Virus record (IMG/VR): IMGVR_UViG_3300043786_001086
Reading direction: 5' to 3' (one strand)
Length of the DNA stretch: 64,000 nucleotides
From: a virus
Taxonomy: Duplodnaviria > Caudoviricetes
This document shows, piece by piece, positions 36,426-46,000 of this stretch. Position numbers and translations under genes: made by a program. Under the pieces are notes generated by a model. It worked only from the letters and a program-made list of their open reading frames with translations, was not told where the DNA came from and made no database searches. The first letter of the stretch is position 1. The number at the start of each line of letters is the position of its first letter.

Positions 36426-37553
36426 TTAATGGGAGTCACCAACATTATTTTTTTCTCCGTAGATCAAATAGTCAGGATTGATAACTTTTGCCACTTTGTG
36501 ACGATCACCGGTAATTGACTTTACAACAACACCTTCATGAGGAACTTTAGATCCTTCAATAAAGTTGTTGAAGACGTATTTGTCTTGTTCTTCTTTATTC
36601 CAATTACCATGATATAACACATCAACTTGTGGTAAATCCATTACCTCGAAGTGTGTTTTTTCTCTCATATATGGTTCGTATTCTCCATCAACCTCAACAT
36701 CAAATCCTGCAAATTTTATATCAGATAAACCATAGTCATAGTTTTTTTGTATGCCAGCACCATATATTTCACCATATATAATAAAACCCTGTTCCAAATC
36801 TTCAGGATTGTAAGTATCTTTTAGGTGATTCCAAAGTTTTGATCGGATATTGTATTTTTTTGCAACCTCATCCCAAACATCTGTAGAATAAAACCCTTGT
36901 GAGTCAGATCCTTTCTCAACATTATGAGACCCATAGATGTAATCAAAGGCCTTCCATTTATCACCGAAGAATATTTTAACTCGGTCCCACAAAGAAAGTT
37001 TTTTCTTCCTAACTATCGCATAACGAGCATTAGTTCCGTGAAGTTTTCTTGTTATAACCACTTCGTCCTCTTCATTGAACATATCGGGCACATTCTTTTG
37101 ATTTGGAAACTTATAGTAAACATGGAAGTTTGGATTTTGGTAGTATTTGATTTTTCTTCCACCAACACTCATTTCAACCATCTTAACAGGAGGTTCGTAT
37201 TTGAATATACCCAACCTTTCCATCATATCCATACCCTCGTAATATTGATCTCCATATCCGGGTATGTATTTAGTTGGTATTATTAAACATTCAGAGTAAA
37301 CTCCACGAAGTTTCACGGTTCTAACTCGTTGACCTTTACGAAGGTAACCAGTTACTCCCATACTATCAGATAATTCTTGTGGTATTACAGCGTCAGTAGT
37401 TGCAACAACAACCAAGTCTCCTTCTTTATATTCACCTTTTTTGGTTATGGCCATCCAACCATTAACCGTAACAAGTTCTATATTATCAGCACCTGGTATT
37501 TGAGTTGGAACACCAACTTTACCTACATATGCAACACTATTTAAATTTTCCAT
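36426..37553 (-). CDS. RNA ligase, DRB0094/Rnl2-like family
   Basis: N-terminal OB (GADNIE...RVRTVKLRG..SE), KLHGTN, YGEIYG.GIQ, HEGVV, K.INPDYL. Confidence 0.88.
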   Translation of the reverse strand: MENLNSVAYVGKVGVPTQIPGADNIELVTVNGWMAITKKGEYKEGDLVVVATTDAVIPQELSDSMGVTGYLRKGQRVRTVKLRGVYSECLIIPTKYIPGYGDQYYEGMDMMERLGIFKYEPPVKMVEMSVGGRKIKYYQNPNFHVYYKFPNQKNVPDMFNEEDEVVITRKLHGTNARYAIVRKKKLSLWDRVKIFFGDKWKAFDYIYGSHNVEKGSDSQGFYSTDVWDEVAKKYNIRSKLWNHLKDTYNPEDLEQGFIIYGEIYGAGIQKNYDYGLSDIKFAGFDVEVDGEYEPYMREKTHFEVMDLPQVDVLYHGNWNKEEQDKYVFNNFIEGSKVPHEGVVVKSITGDRHKVAKVINPDYLIYGEKNNVGDSH

Positions 37554-37577
37554 TTTACAAAAATAATAATATTTTTT

Positions 37578-38102
37578 TTATTCGTCACTATCTTCTTCAG
37601 AATATTCTTTCTTCATAGATCTTGGTTCAACAAAATCCCACTTGGTATTTTCAAACTCTTTAATCCATTCACTAACATCTTCTCTTGTCCATATTGGTTT
37701 GGAAGATGGTCGGTATTGAAATGGTTTATCTTTACTTTTGTCCCACTCATCAAGTCGTTCAGTTACATCTTCAATAAGATTTTTAGCCTTAGTGTGTTTA
37801 ATCCACTCCCTGTAATCATATTCTGAATTGATATACATAACATCACCATAATTATAAAACTCCATTTCAGGAAATTCCAAATTTGGATTATTGGTATAAA
37901 CATCAACAATTCCATTGTCGCCGTAATAAGAATCACACAATTCCCTTAATGAATACAGACTGGTTGGTCTTTCTTCCCAAACACTACCGAACTGACGAAC
38001 AGAACATATGTAGATATAACCGTCCTCATATGAATGAATAAGTCCTTCAATTTTATTTCTTAAAGAAATAAGTTCGTCCATTGTTAGTTTAGTTAAATCC
38101 AT
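37578..38102 (-). CDS. Hypothetical protein
   Basis: 174-aa ORF. Confidence 0.75.
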   Translation of the reverse strand: MDLTKLTMDELISLRNKIEGLIHSYEDGYIYICSVRQFGSVWEERPTSLYSLRELCDSYYGDNGIVDVYTNNPNLEFPEMEFYNYGDVMYINSEYDYREWIKHTKAKNLIEDVTERLDEWDKSKDKPFQYRPSSKPIWTREDVSEWIKEFENTKWDFVEPRSMKKEYSEEDSDE

Positions 38103-38105
38103 TTC

Positions 38106-38519
38106 TTATATTTTTTCTATTGTATAATCCCACTCAAGTCTAATGCAATTTTGTTTTAAACGATTGATGTGTCTGTAGTTGTTGATATAACCACACATAT
38201 TACCACTTCCAATTGCGTTGTGTGAATGAACCACAACATCAACAACAGGTTTACCATTCATCCATTCATTAACCAACCATTTAACACAATCCATACCGGT
38301 CTTTTCGGTAATGTTATCGTAATTAATTGTGTAGTTTGTATAAACATTTCTTTTCCACTCATCAATTGCGGTATCACCCAAATCGTGATCTAACGAAATG
38401 AGTTGGATATTATTCAAACCAATCTCATTTATTTTTTCAACGAACTCATCGTAAGAACGAACAACAATCCATTCTTTATCAACAGGCGTTCTAACATCGT
38501 CTAAATAAATCTTCTTCAT
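38106..38519 (-). CDS. Cyclic-phosphate-processing receiver-domain protein
   Basis: IYLDDVR, ISLDHDLG, TG.D..KW, HS.N..G. Confidence 0.8.
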   Translation of the reverse strand: MKKIYLDDVRTPVDKEWIVVRSYDEFVEKINEIGLNNIQLISLDHDLGDTAIDEWKRNVYTNYTINYDNITEKTGMDCVKWLVNEWMNGKPVVDVVVHSHNAIGSGNMCGYINNYRHINRLKQNCIRLEWDYTIEKI

Positions 38520-38554
38520 AATAACACAAATATATAAATAATTTTTTTGTAAAT

Positions 38555-39106
38555 CTATTTTTCTTTCACCCCATTTTGAATGGTGTCTTTAACTAACTCA
38601 TATAACGAATGGTAAGGGGCTTGGGTGTTTTTTACCCCATTTTGAATGGTGTCTTTAACCAACGAATCAATCTGTTTTACATATCCACGGGTGTTTTTTA
38701 CCCCATTTTGAATGGTGTCTTTAACTCGGGTGTTTTTGCTTCCACGATTCCAGCAGGTGTTTTTTACACCATTTTGAATGGTGTCTTTAACACACAAACG
38801 ATAATTGGAATTAGATTTGTCAGTTTCTTTAACCTCATTCTTATTCAAAAATCTTGACTCAAACCATTTTTGAATAAGGTCTTTATTATCAACACAATCC
38901 AAGTTTATCATTTCCATTTCGTTTTTGAAGAAATAGTAATTATACCATAGTGTTTGTTCTTTAGTGTATTCCACAACCCATTTCATTTCATCAGTAAAGA
39001 TCAACCACATACTACCATTATGGTTATATGTATCAACACCTTGTATGGCGTCGTCAAACATTCCAAATAAAAGTTTCTCTAATTTTTTTCCTGTTGGGTT
39101 AATCAT
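38555..39106 (-). CDS. Family B protein (4 DTIQNGVK repeats)
   Basis: Paralog of 26189 and 27501 genes. Confidence 0.85.
   Translation of the reverse strand: MINPTGKKLEKLLFGMFDDAIQGVDTYNHNGSMWLIFTDEMKWVVEYTKEQTLWYNYYFFKNEMEMINLDCVDNKDLIQKWFESRFLNKNEVKETDKSNSNYRLCVKDTIQNGVKNTCWNRGSKNTRVKDTIQNGVKNTRGYVKQIDSLVKDTIQNGVKNTQAPYHSLYELVKDTIQNGVKEK
38558..38791. CRISPR. In-frame CRISPR-like array 3: four near-identical 36-nt repeats, 30-nt spacers
   Basis: GGTGTTTTTTACCCCATTTTGAATGGTGTCTTTAAC at 38624 and 38690 identical, 38756 one mismatch, 38558 5'-divergent. Confidence 0.65.
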
Positions 39107-39127
39107 TTTATTTTAGCATTTCAGAAA

Positions 39128-40375
39128 CTAAACTATCCATGAATTGATTTCTGATATTGAATTTAGACATATTTTTTTAAAAACTGACTTTATGTTATCA
39201 ATATTATTTGGGTCTATCCCCCCAATAGACATTCTAAACCAACCTTCATTTTCTTTTGATCCAAAATATTCAAACGGAACCATTCCGACGCCACAACTTT
39301 TGATTAAAAATTCGACAAAATTTTCAACACTACCGAAATATGAAACGTGTTCAAAATAAATTGATATGTATATCCCACCTTCTGGTTTTTGATAATCAAT
39401 ATTAAATCTTGATTTTTTCAAATCATCCAAAGATTCACAAATCTGATTGGAAATAAAAGAATATTGATTTATTTTTGAAGAAATAAAATCATTAATTTCT
39501 TGGTAGTCATTCAAAAATTTTCCAACGGCAATCTGTTCTGGTTTTGGTGCCCAAGCCCCGATGTGAGAAAAAATTTCAGTCATTTTTGATATTACACTTT
39601 TTGGACCAAATGTCCAACCCACCCTAACTCCTGTGGCACACAAGGATTTTGAGATTCCGTCAACACAAATTAAATATTCTCTAATTTCAGGACAAACATC
39701 CAAAGGATGTGTAAATAATCCTTCAGGAACTAAATCAGAATAAATCTGATCAAAAAACAAAAAAGTTTTTTTACTCTTTTCTTTGTTAATTTTAACTATT
39801 TCATCACATATTTGCTTAAGTGTATCCTTATCGATAACTCGTCCTGTGGGATTTTGAGGTGAACATAAACAAAGTAATCTTGTGTTTACTAACTTATCTT
39901 TAACATCGTCAAAAGTTGGAAAGAAAGAATTCTCGGGTTTACATTCTATTGGGATTTTAATTGCGTTATGTAAAAAAGAATAATGGTTGTTGTTCCAAGA
40001 CGGAACAGGATACATAACGACATCTCCAGGATCGACAATACTTTTGAATATGGTATAAATTAAAGGTCTAACACCGCAACCAACAAGAATTTCATCTTCA
40101 CCATAAGATATTTTTCTTTTTTTTCTTAAGTAATTACTTATTGATGTTCTAAGATCCAATTCACCTGAAGACATTGGATAATTAGTCAAATCATTTTCAT
40201 ATGATTCAACTATATAATTTTTGAGTTTTTTGGGTATCGGATTTACTACAGGATTGAAATCCCCGATACTAAAATTTTCAACAGGTTTTGATTTGGAAAC
40301 TTCTTTGATCTGTTGTGAAATTTTTATAATCTCAGATCCTACAATATTGTTTCCTAAAAATGATAGTTTTTGCAT
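39128..40375 (-). CDS. PLP-dependent aminotransferase class I/II (aspartate aminotransferase-like)
   Basis: SPQNPTG, DQIY, DGISKS.CATGVRVGW. Confidence 0.88.
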   Translation of the reverse strand: MQKLSFLGNNIVGSEIIKISQQIKEVSKSKPVENFSIGDFNPVVNPIPKKLKNYIVESYENDLTNYPMSSGELDLRTSISNYLRKKRKISYGEDEILVGCGVRPLIYTIFKSIVDPGDVVMYPVPSWNNNHYSFLHNAIKIPIECKPENSFFPTFDDVKDKLVNTRLLCLCSPQNPTGRVIDKDTLKQICDEIVKINKEKSKKTFLFFDQIYSDLVPEGLFTHPLDVCPEIREYLICVDGISKSLCATGVRVGWTFGPKSVISKMTEIFSHIGAWAPKPEQIAVGKFLNDYQEINDFISSKINQYSFISNQICESLDDLKKSRFNIDYQKPEGGIYISIYFEHVSYFGSVENFVEFLIKSCGVGMVPFEYFGSKENEGWFRMSIGGIDPNNIDNIKSVFKKICLNSISEINSWIV

Positions 40376-40507
40376 CTTAAAATCTTTTTAATATTTCAAA
40401 AAATATAATAGTAATCACCGAATCAATCAATTATCCGAGACCATATAATTTTAAAAAATTTCAATTTTTTGATTCAAAAATGAAAATTACAAAAATGTAT
40501 TCTCTCA

Positions 40508-40729
40508 TCACCTCAACATATACTGGTGAATAACTATTACTAACTTACCTTCAACCAAAGCTCGGTCTGATTTGATTTCAATATCCATCATACCCAAATC
40601 TTCTTTGAGTTGTTTTGCTTGTATCTCAACTTCGTGTTCAGCATCCTCCTTGGTCTTAAAAAAACCAAAGTAAGAATCACAAGATCCTGTCTTATCGCAC
40701 ACTCCGTAAATTATCTCTCTTTCTTTCAT
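40508..40729 (-). CDS. Hypothetical protein
   Basis: ORF in run. Confidence 0.7.
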   Translation of the reverse strand: MKEREIIYGVCDKTGSCDSYFGFFKTKEDAEHEVEIQAKQLKEDLGMMDIEIKSDRALVEGKLVIVIHQYMLR

Positions 40730-40913
40730 CTTTTAATCTTTTTTTTGATTCTTCTTTTAAACCTATTAACAATCCTTTTTTATATGCAATATAATCTTCC
40801 TCGTATTTTGATGGCCAAGCAACCAAATAAGTATCTCTTTCACTTTTTGGATAAGTGTAGAAATCTTTTTTTAATCTCTTTTTAGTCTTCCTTGGTAATC
40901 TGAACTTTTTCAT
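40692..40913 (-). CDS. Basic hypothetical protein
   Basis: KFRLPRK.KK N-terminus. Confidence 0.65.
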   Translation of the reverse strand: MKKFRLPRKTKKRLKKDFYTYPKSERDTYLVAWPSKYEEDYIAYKKGLLIGLKEESKKRLKDERKRDNLRSVR

Positions 40914-41217
40914 TTTTATATTTTCTAATTAACTTGAATATCTTTGTGATGTCTGTGAATTCTGAAGGTGGTGAGTCGGTTCTTGCCGGTAAGAATATTA
41001 GAGTAAATCCCCAATTTCCTTCAAACTTTTCTTTTACCTTAACACCACAAATTTCGTCAATATAAACCCAAGGGTAGTTACCCACAAGTTTAACTTCAAT
41101 GCCAATCTTTTTTAATCTCTCTACGAATACCTTAATCTTGTCGCTAGTTTTCTTTGTGTTTGTTTCAGTTTCCACATAATAAGTTCCAAATTTAGTTTCT
41201 ATCTTTTCTTGAGCCAT
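40882..41217 (-). CDS. Hypothetical protein
   Basis: RLKKIGI.V.L.GNYPW.Y. Confidence 0.7.
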   Translation of the reverse strand: MAQEKIETKFGTYYVETETNTKKTSDKIKVFVERLKKIGIEVKLVGNYPWVYIDEICGVKVKEKFEGNWGFTLIFLPARTDSPPSEFTDITKIFKLIRKYKNEKVQITKED

Positions 41218-41374
41218 AACATTCTAATTTTTTATTTTTAACATTCCATAAATCCTTCACACCTTCAGTCATATGACAATTGTGACTTTTCCCGGTTCTT
41301 TTACCAAACTCCACAATCATATCATTATGACGATTACGAATAAAATGAGGACATTCTTTACAGGGTTTTTTCAT
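41192..41374 (-). CDS. Small Cys/His metal-binding protein
   Basis: PC..CP...H.CH...C.G; TAnnTTTG 4 nt upstream. Confidence 0.7.
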   Translation of the reverse strand: MKKPCKECPHFIRNRHNDMIVEFGKRTGKSHNCHMTEGVKDLWNVKNKKLECYGSRKDRN

Positions 41375-41402
41375 AAAACAAAGATAATAAAGTTTTTTTA
41401 CT

Positions 41403-41729
41403 TTACAAATCTAATTTATATAATCTACACATTTCGAGCATATAATTTTTCAAATTGAATATTGTTTCTTTGAAATCAACTTTTGGTGTTTCCTTAAATC
41501 TTTCTGACAACTCATCATCTTTTAGAGTTTCACAACAACTTTGGTATATTTCTTTGAAGACTTGTTTATAGTGTTGTTCTTTGTTGTATTCGTCTTCAAT
41601 TTTTCTTTCAAGTATTACACCTTCAAGTTCCCGACAATATTCAATTAGTTCTTGAACTTCAACATTATCTAAAAGTGATGGATTTGTTTTAAATAAGTGG
41701 TGTATGTTTTTTTTCATAATGTTCATCAC
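41403..41729 (-). CDS. Hypothetical protein
   Basis: Paralog of 29097..29441. Confidence 0.75.
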   Translation of the reverse strand: MMNIMKKNIHHLFKTNPSLLDNVEVQELIEYCRELEGVILERKIEDEYNKEQHYKQVFKEIYQSCCETLKDDELSERFKETPKVDFKETIFNLKNYMLEMCRLYKLDL

Positions 41730-42072
41730 ATAAAGTTGTAAACCAACGTATTTTTGTCCTTAATTCTCCTTTTTTACCGCAAAGTTCACATATTTCATAA
41801 CTTAACTTTTCCGCTTCGGTAATTTTGTTATATATTTCATCGGACCCACCATTAATGTAGAATCTCAATCCTCCAAATTTTTCTTTTACTTGTATCACTT
41901 GTTTATCCCAACCCAATGTTATGAGTTCATCAATCAAATTTTTAATTAATGGATACCAACCAACCTGAACATCAAAAAAATCACAACTGGTTATTTTTGG
42001 TTTGTTCGAATACATACCATTCTCAAGTCCTCCAATTGACTCAAGGTAATCATTCATTTCTTCTATAGTCAT
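41689..42072 (-). CDS. Hypothetical protein with zinc finger
   Basis: Paralog of 29377..29763. Confidence 0.8.
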   Translation of the reverse strand: MTIEEMNDYLESIGGLENGMYSNKPKITSCDFFDVQVGWYPLIKNLIDELITLGWDKQVIQVKEKFGGLRFYINGGSDEIYNKITEAEKLSYEICELCGKKGELRTKIRWFTTLCDEHYEKKHTPLI

Positions 42073-42234
42073 ATCAATTCTAATTCAGTTTCATAAAAAT
42101 AAGGGCAATACCACTTTAGATCATCACATTTTAATTTAACCATAGTCCCGTTATAACAACCAACTTCAATTACGGTTGCCATTCCTGATAATTTAGTTTT
42201 TATTCTATCTCCTACTTTAAGATTTTTAAACTTG

Positions 42235-42837
42235 TCACTCATCTTTCAAATATTTAATTATTTTTTCTTTAATTCCAGATTGTTTAATACCTTCACTTGA
42301 TCTTGGTGTTAACACAAAATTAGATAACCCAGGATTTTTATCAGATTCGCCATCTGAAAAGTATTTTGATAAAAACTCTAAACTCATGTTTAAATCATCA
42401 ACAGCAACCCAATGAGTTATTTCAGGGTGGTTATCTAACCAATGATTAATTTCCATACTTCTTTCTAGTTCTAGATCAGCACGAAATCTAAAAGCGTTCC
42501 ATTCTTTAGGAAAGATGTCTTTGAATATATCAGTAAAGGCAATTGGTCGTTTAATAATACCTTGACTGATGTAGTAATCTCCAAGTTCTTCTAAATTTGC
42601 ATGAAGTCTCCAATCAGAACTCACAACAATCTCACATCCTGTCTCTTCAATAATCTCATTAAGGATTTTAATTGCCTTTTTATCAAAGTCGTCAAATCGA
42701 ACAAATACAGGGGCGTCTTTCTTTTCCCTACTACTGTCAGGATTTGCTGAACGGTATTTTGCCCATTTCTTTGATCGTCCAGCCCAGTTATTAGAGAGAC
42801 AAATTACACCATCATGATCCAAGAATATCGCTTTCAT
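42235..42837 (-). CDS. HAD-family protein (Swiss-Army-knife type)
   Basis: Close paralog of 29854..30441; DHDGV. Confidence 0.85.
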   Translation of the reverse strand: MKAIFLDHDGVICLSNNWAGRSKKWAKYRSANPDSSREKKDAPVFVRFDDFDKKAIKILNEIIEETGCEIVVSSDWRLHANLEELGDYYISQGIIKRPIAFTDIFKDIFPKEWNAFRFRADLELERSMEINHWLDNHPEITHWVAVDDLNMSLEFLSKYFSDGESDKNPGLSNFVLTPRSSEGIKQSGIKEKIIKYLKDE

Positions 42838-42861
42838 AGTGGTAAATATATGAAAAAAATA

Positions 42862-43065
42862 TTACCCCGGAAAGTATGTTGAAATAAAATTCTTGATTTG
42901 TATAATGTGATCAAACAAAAAACAAGTTAGAAGAAATAAAATAAACCAAATAATTGCGGTCGATGTTAAAGGAAAATTTTTTATAGAATATTTTACAAAA
43001 TCTATAATGTCTGATATCATAAATAATAAAATTATGATTGTTAAAAAAATAAAAGTTAAAATCAT
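42862..43065 (-). CDS. Small membrane protein
   Basis: Two hydrophobic segments. Confidence 0.6.
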   Translation of the reverse strand: MILTFIFLTIIILLFMISDIIDFVKYSIKNFPLTSTAIIWFILFLLTCFLFDHIIQIKNFISTYFPG

Positions 43066-46000
43066 TTTATTATTTGTTTTATAGTTTCAGAAGTTATTCC
43101 ATTAGAAGTTATGCTAACATAATAAACCCCCGGACTTAAATTTAAACCAGAAATATTATACAAATTTATTCCGGTTGAAACTTTTATGTCTTGGTTATAA
43201 ACTTCAGACCCTTTAGTATCCTTAACTATAAATAGTCCTTCACCAATCATTTTTTTATTATTTAATATAACTTGAAAATCTCCTGAACTTGGATTTGGAA
43301 ATATTGAAAAATATCCTTTTGTGTTTCCATTACAAATCACATTGATTGGTCCATATTCTTTGAATTGTCCGTCAATATCATATTGAATTAATTTGTAATA
43401 ATTGTTTCCGTCGATTGCATTTTCATCTTTTGTGGTATATGACAATTCTTGAGTTGAGTTACCGGCAGATCCCAAAGTTGTTAGTGAAGACCAATTTTCA
43501 CCATCCCTTGATTTTTGTATTTCGAAATAATGTGAATTATGTTCAGTTGCTGTTTTCCAGTCCAATGTGATGACATTATCATTACAAGATCCATCAAATG
43601 ATAATAACTCAACAGGAAGAATTTGTGAATTAGACGACCCAATATTAAACCAACTAAACCCTTGTGTATTATTGCTTGTAATTAAAAATGCCATTGGATT
43701 AGCATTTGCAGGTATTGCAACATGACTTCCGCATGGTTGCCAACTTGTATGAACTGAACCAGGAGATTTAATAATTCTGCATATTTGTGGAGTTGTCATT
43801 CCGTTAAGGTTATTTGCAAATAAAGTTAGATTATACGGTGTTTGACAAATTGAAGACGAATAGTTATTTGATGTCGGTATAACTTCCCAATATCCGTCAA
43901 TTGAATAATTTTGAATAAGTGCGTTTGAGGCCATAAATGGAAGTCCATTATATAAAGGTGTGCCATTAACAATTGGAGCTCCATTCTTATATTGAACAGT
44001 TAAAGACTGATTCACCCCAGGAGAAGTTGTGAACTGAAAACTTGCATATCTGTTGTAGTTTGAAGTTCCAACGGGAAATAGTCCCTCGTTACCGTTTGTT
44101 GATAAATTATTAAAAAATCTTTTGAACGGTCCAACGATTGTTCCTGTATTATATGTTAATGAACCTATATTTGAACTACTTGAACCTAGTGTTAATAAGG
44201 AGTTGTTTGAGGTAAAAATATTTCCTTGAATCATATTTAAGTTACCAGTAACATTCACATGGTTACCAAGTGTTAGTGTTGCCCCTTGTGATTTATTAAC
44301 TTTCATGTTAAATAATTGTGATGTTCCGTTTCCATTGAAAGATGAGTTTTGATTTCCAACAAAATTTATAGTTCCAGTATTTGCGATCAATGTCCCATTA
44401 TTTACGATATCATGTGATATTTTCAAACTGTCGTTTGTTAAATTAAGAGTAATTCCTGAATTTATAAAAACGTCATAAGCATCTCCATTCACACTTAAAG
44501 TTGGTGTTGTGTTTCCAATACAAATTCCGCCATTTACTTGGTCCAAAGTAAAAACCTGACTTGCTATTGTTGGAAGTGAAACTCCTGACATTCTAATGAA
44601 ATGTCCTGCAGCTTGTTTTTGATACCAGTTTGTTGAAGTTGACCAATCAACAGAAGTGAGCCCTCCCCATAAAAAGTCGTTTGTTCCAATTGCACCTCCT
44701 AAAGACGAAGCATTTGGTTGATTGAATGTAACTAACATATTATTGGGTGTAGAACAATTTCCGTTTGAGACAGTCCATTGAAGAGTATATGTTGAGCCAT
44801 AGTTTCCAATAAACGTAGATGTGGGTGAATTTATATTTGAAAAACTTCCTCCAACACCACTTACAACTGACCATGTTCCTGTTTCACCCGCTTGTGGTGT
44901 GTTAGCCCCCAAAGTTACTTGATTTATACCACAAGTTGATGTTCCATTATTAGACCCTCCTGCGCTTGCCAAAGGATTGGATAGAACAGTGACGGTAGTG
45001 CTTGAGGTATTAGAACATCCATTTGCGTTTGTGCCTGTAACCGTATAAGTTTGCGTTGATGTTGGTGTAAAAGCCACTCCATTAGTCACACTGTTATTCC
45101 AAGAGTATGTTGATGCTCCAGAACCATTAAGTGTTACTTGAGTTCCTGAACAAACAGTTTGATTAGACCCTGCACTTACATTCGGTAATGGATTTACGGT
45201 TATTGTTCTACTTGAAGTTCCACTACAACCATTAGAAGTTGCAGTAACAGTATAGGTTGTTGTAGTTGATGGGTTTGCTATCGGATTTTGTATATTTGGG
45301 TTTGACAACCCTGTTGATGGTGACCAAATATAATTTACAACCGGAGCTGTTGTGCAACTTGATACCCAATAGTTATTTTGTGAACCCCCTCCAATTGAGC
45401 CTGAAAGTATTGTAGACCCATTACAAGTTATAGTAAAGGTTGGGACATTATCATTCCAGCTTCCCATAGTTTCAATATAAAAAACATAAGGACCATTAGC
45501 AGAAGAAGCAATATTTGTGACGTTAGGTGATGTGAAATAAGGACCTCCTGAACCAATTATAACTCCAAGATTATTTGTTAGAGTCCAACTTGTTTCATCT
45601 AATAATCCCCCTGTTATTGTAACTGCAAGAGAACCTGGAGATGACACTCCCGTAACAGATGAATTTAGTTGTGTTGATGAACCCTGACAAATTGTGCTTA
45701 AACTTGCAGAAGTTGATACGACCGGATTGTTATTTACCGTTACTGTTGTAGACACACAATTGTTACTAAACTGAACTCCATTGTAGTTTCTTGCGTAATA
45801 TGTTGTGGTTGTCGATGGGGTTACACTTATTGAGTTCCCTGTTGCAATCTGACCTACACCACATCCTCCTGTAAACCAATATACAGTTCCACTTGCCCCG
45901 TTTGCCGTTAATGTAGTTGATTGACCAACACATATTGTATTTGAAGTTGCTGTAATTGAGGTTGGGTTTGGTGGTGGTGGAGTTGAACATGTTAATCCTA

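Noticed and set aside
26189-39106. Conventional CRISPR-Cas locus
   Set aside because: No cas gene in the window and the arrays lie inside open, conserved reading frames; kept only as CRISPR-like
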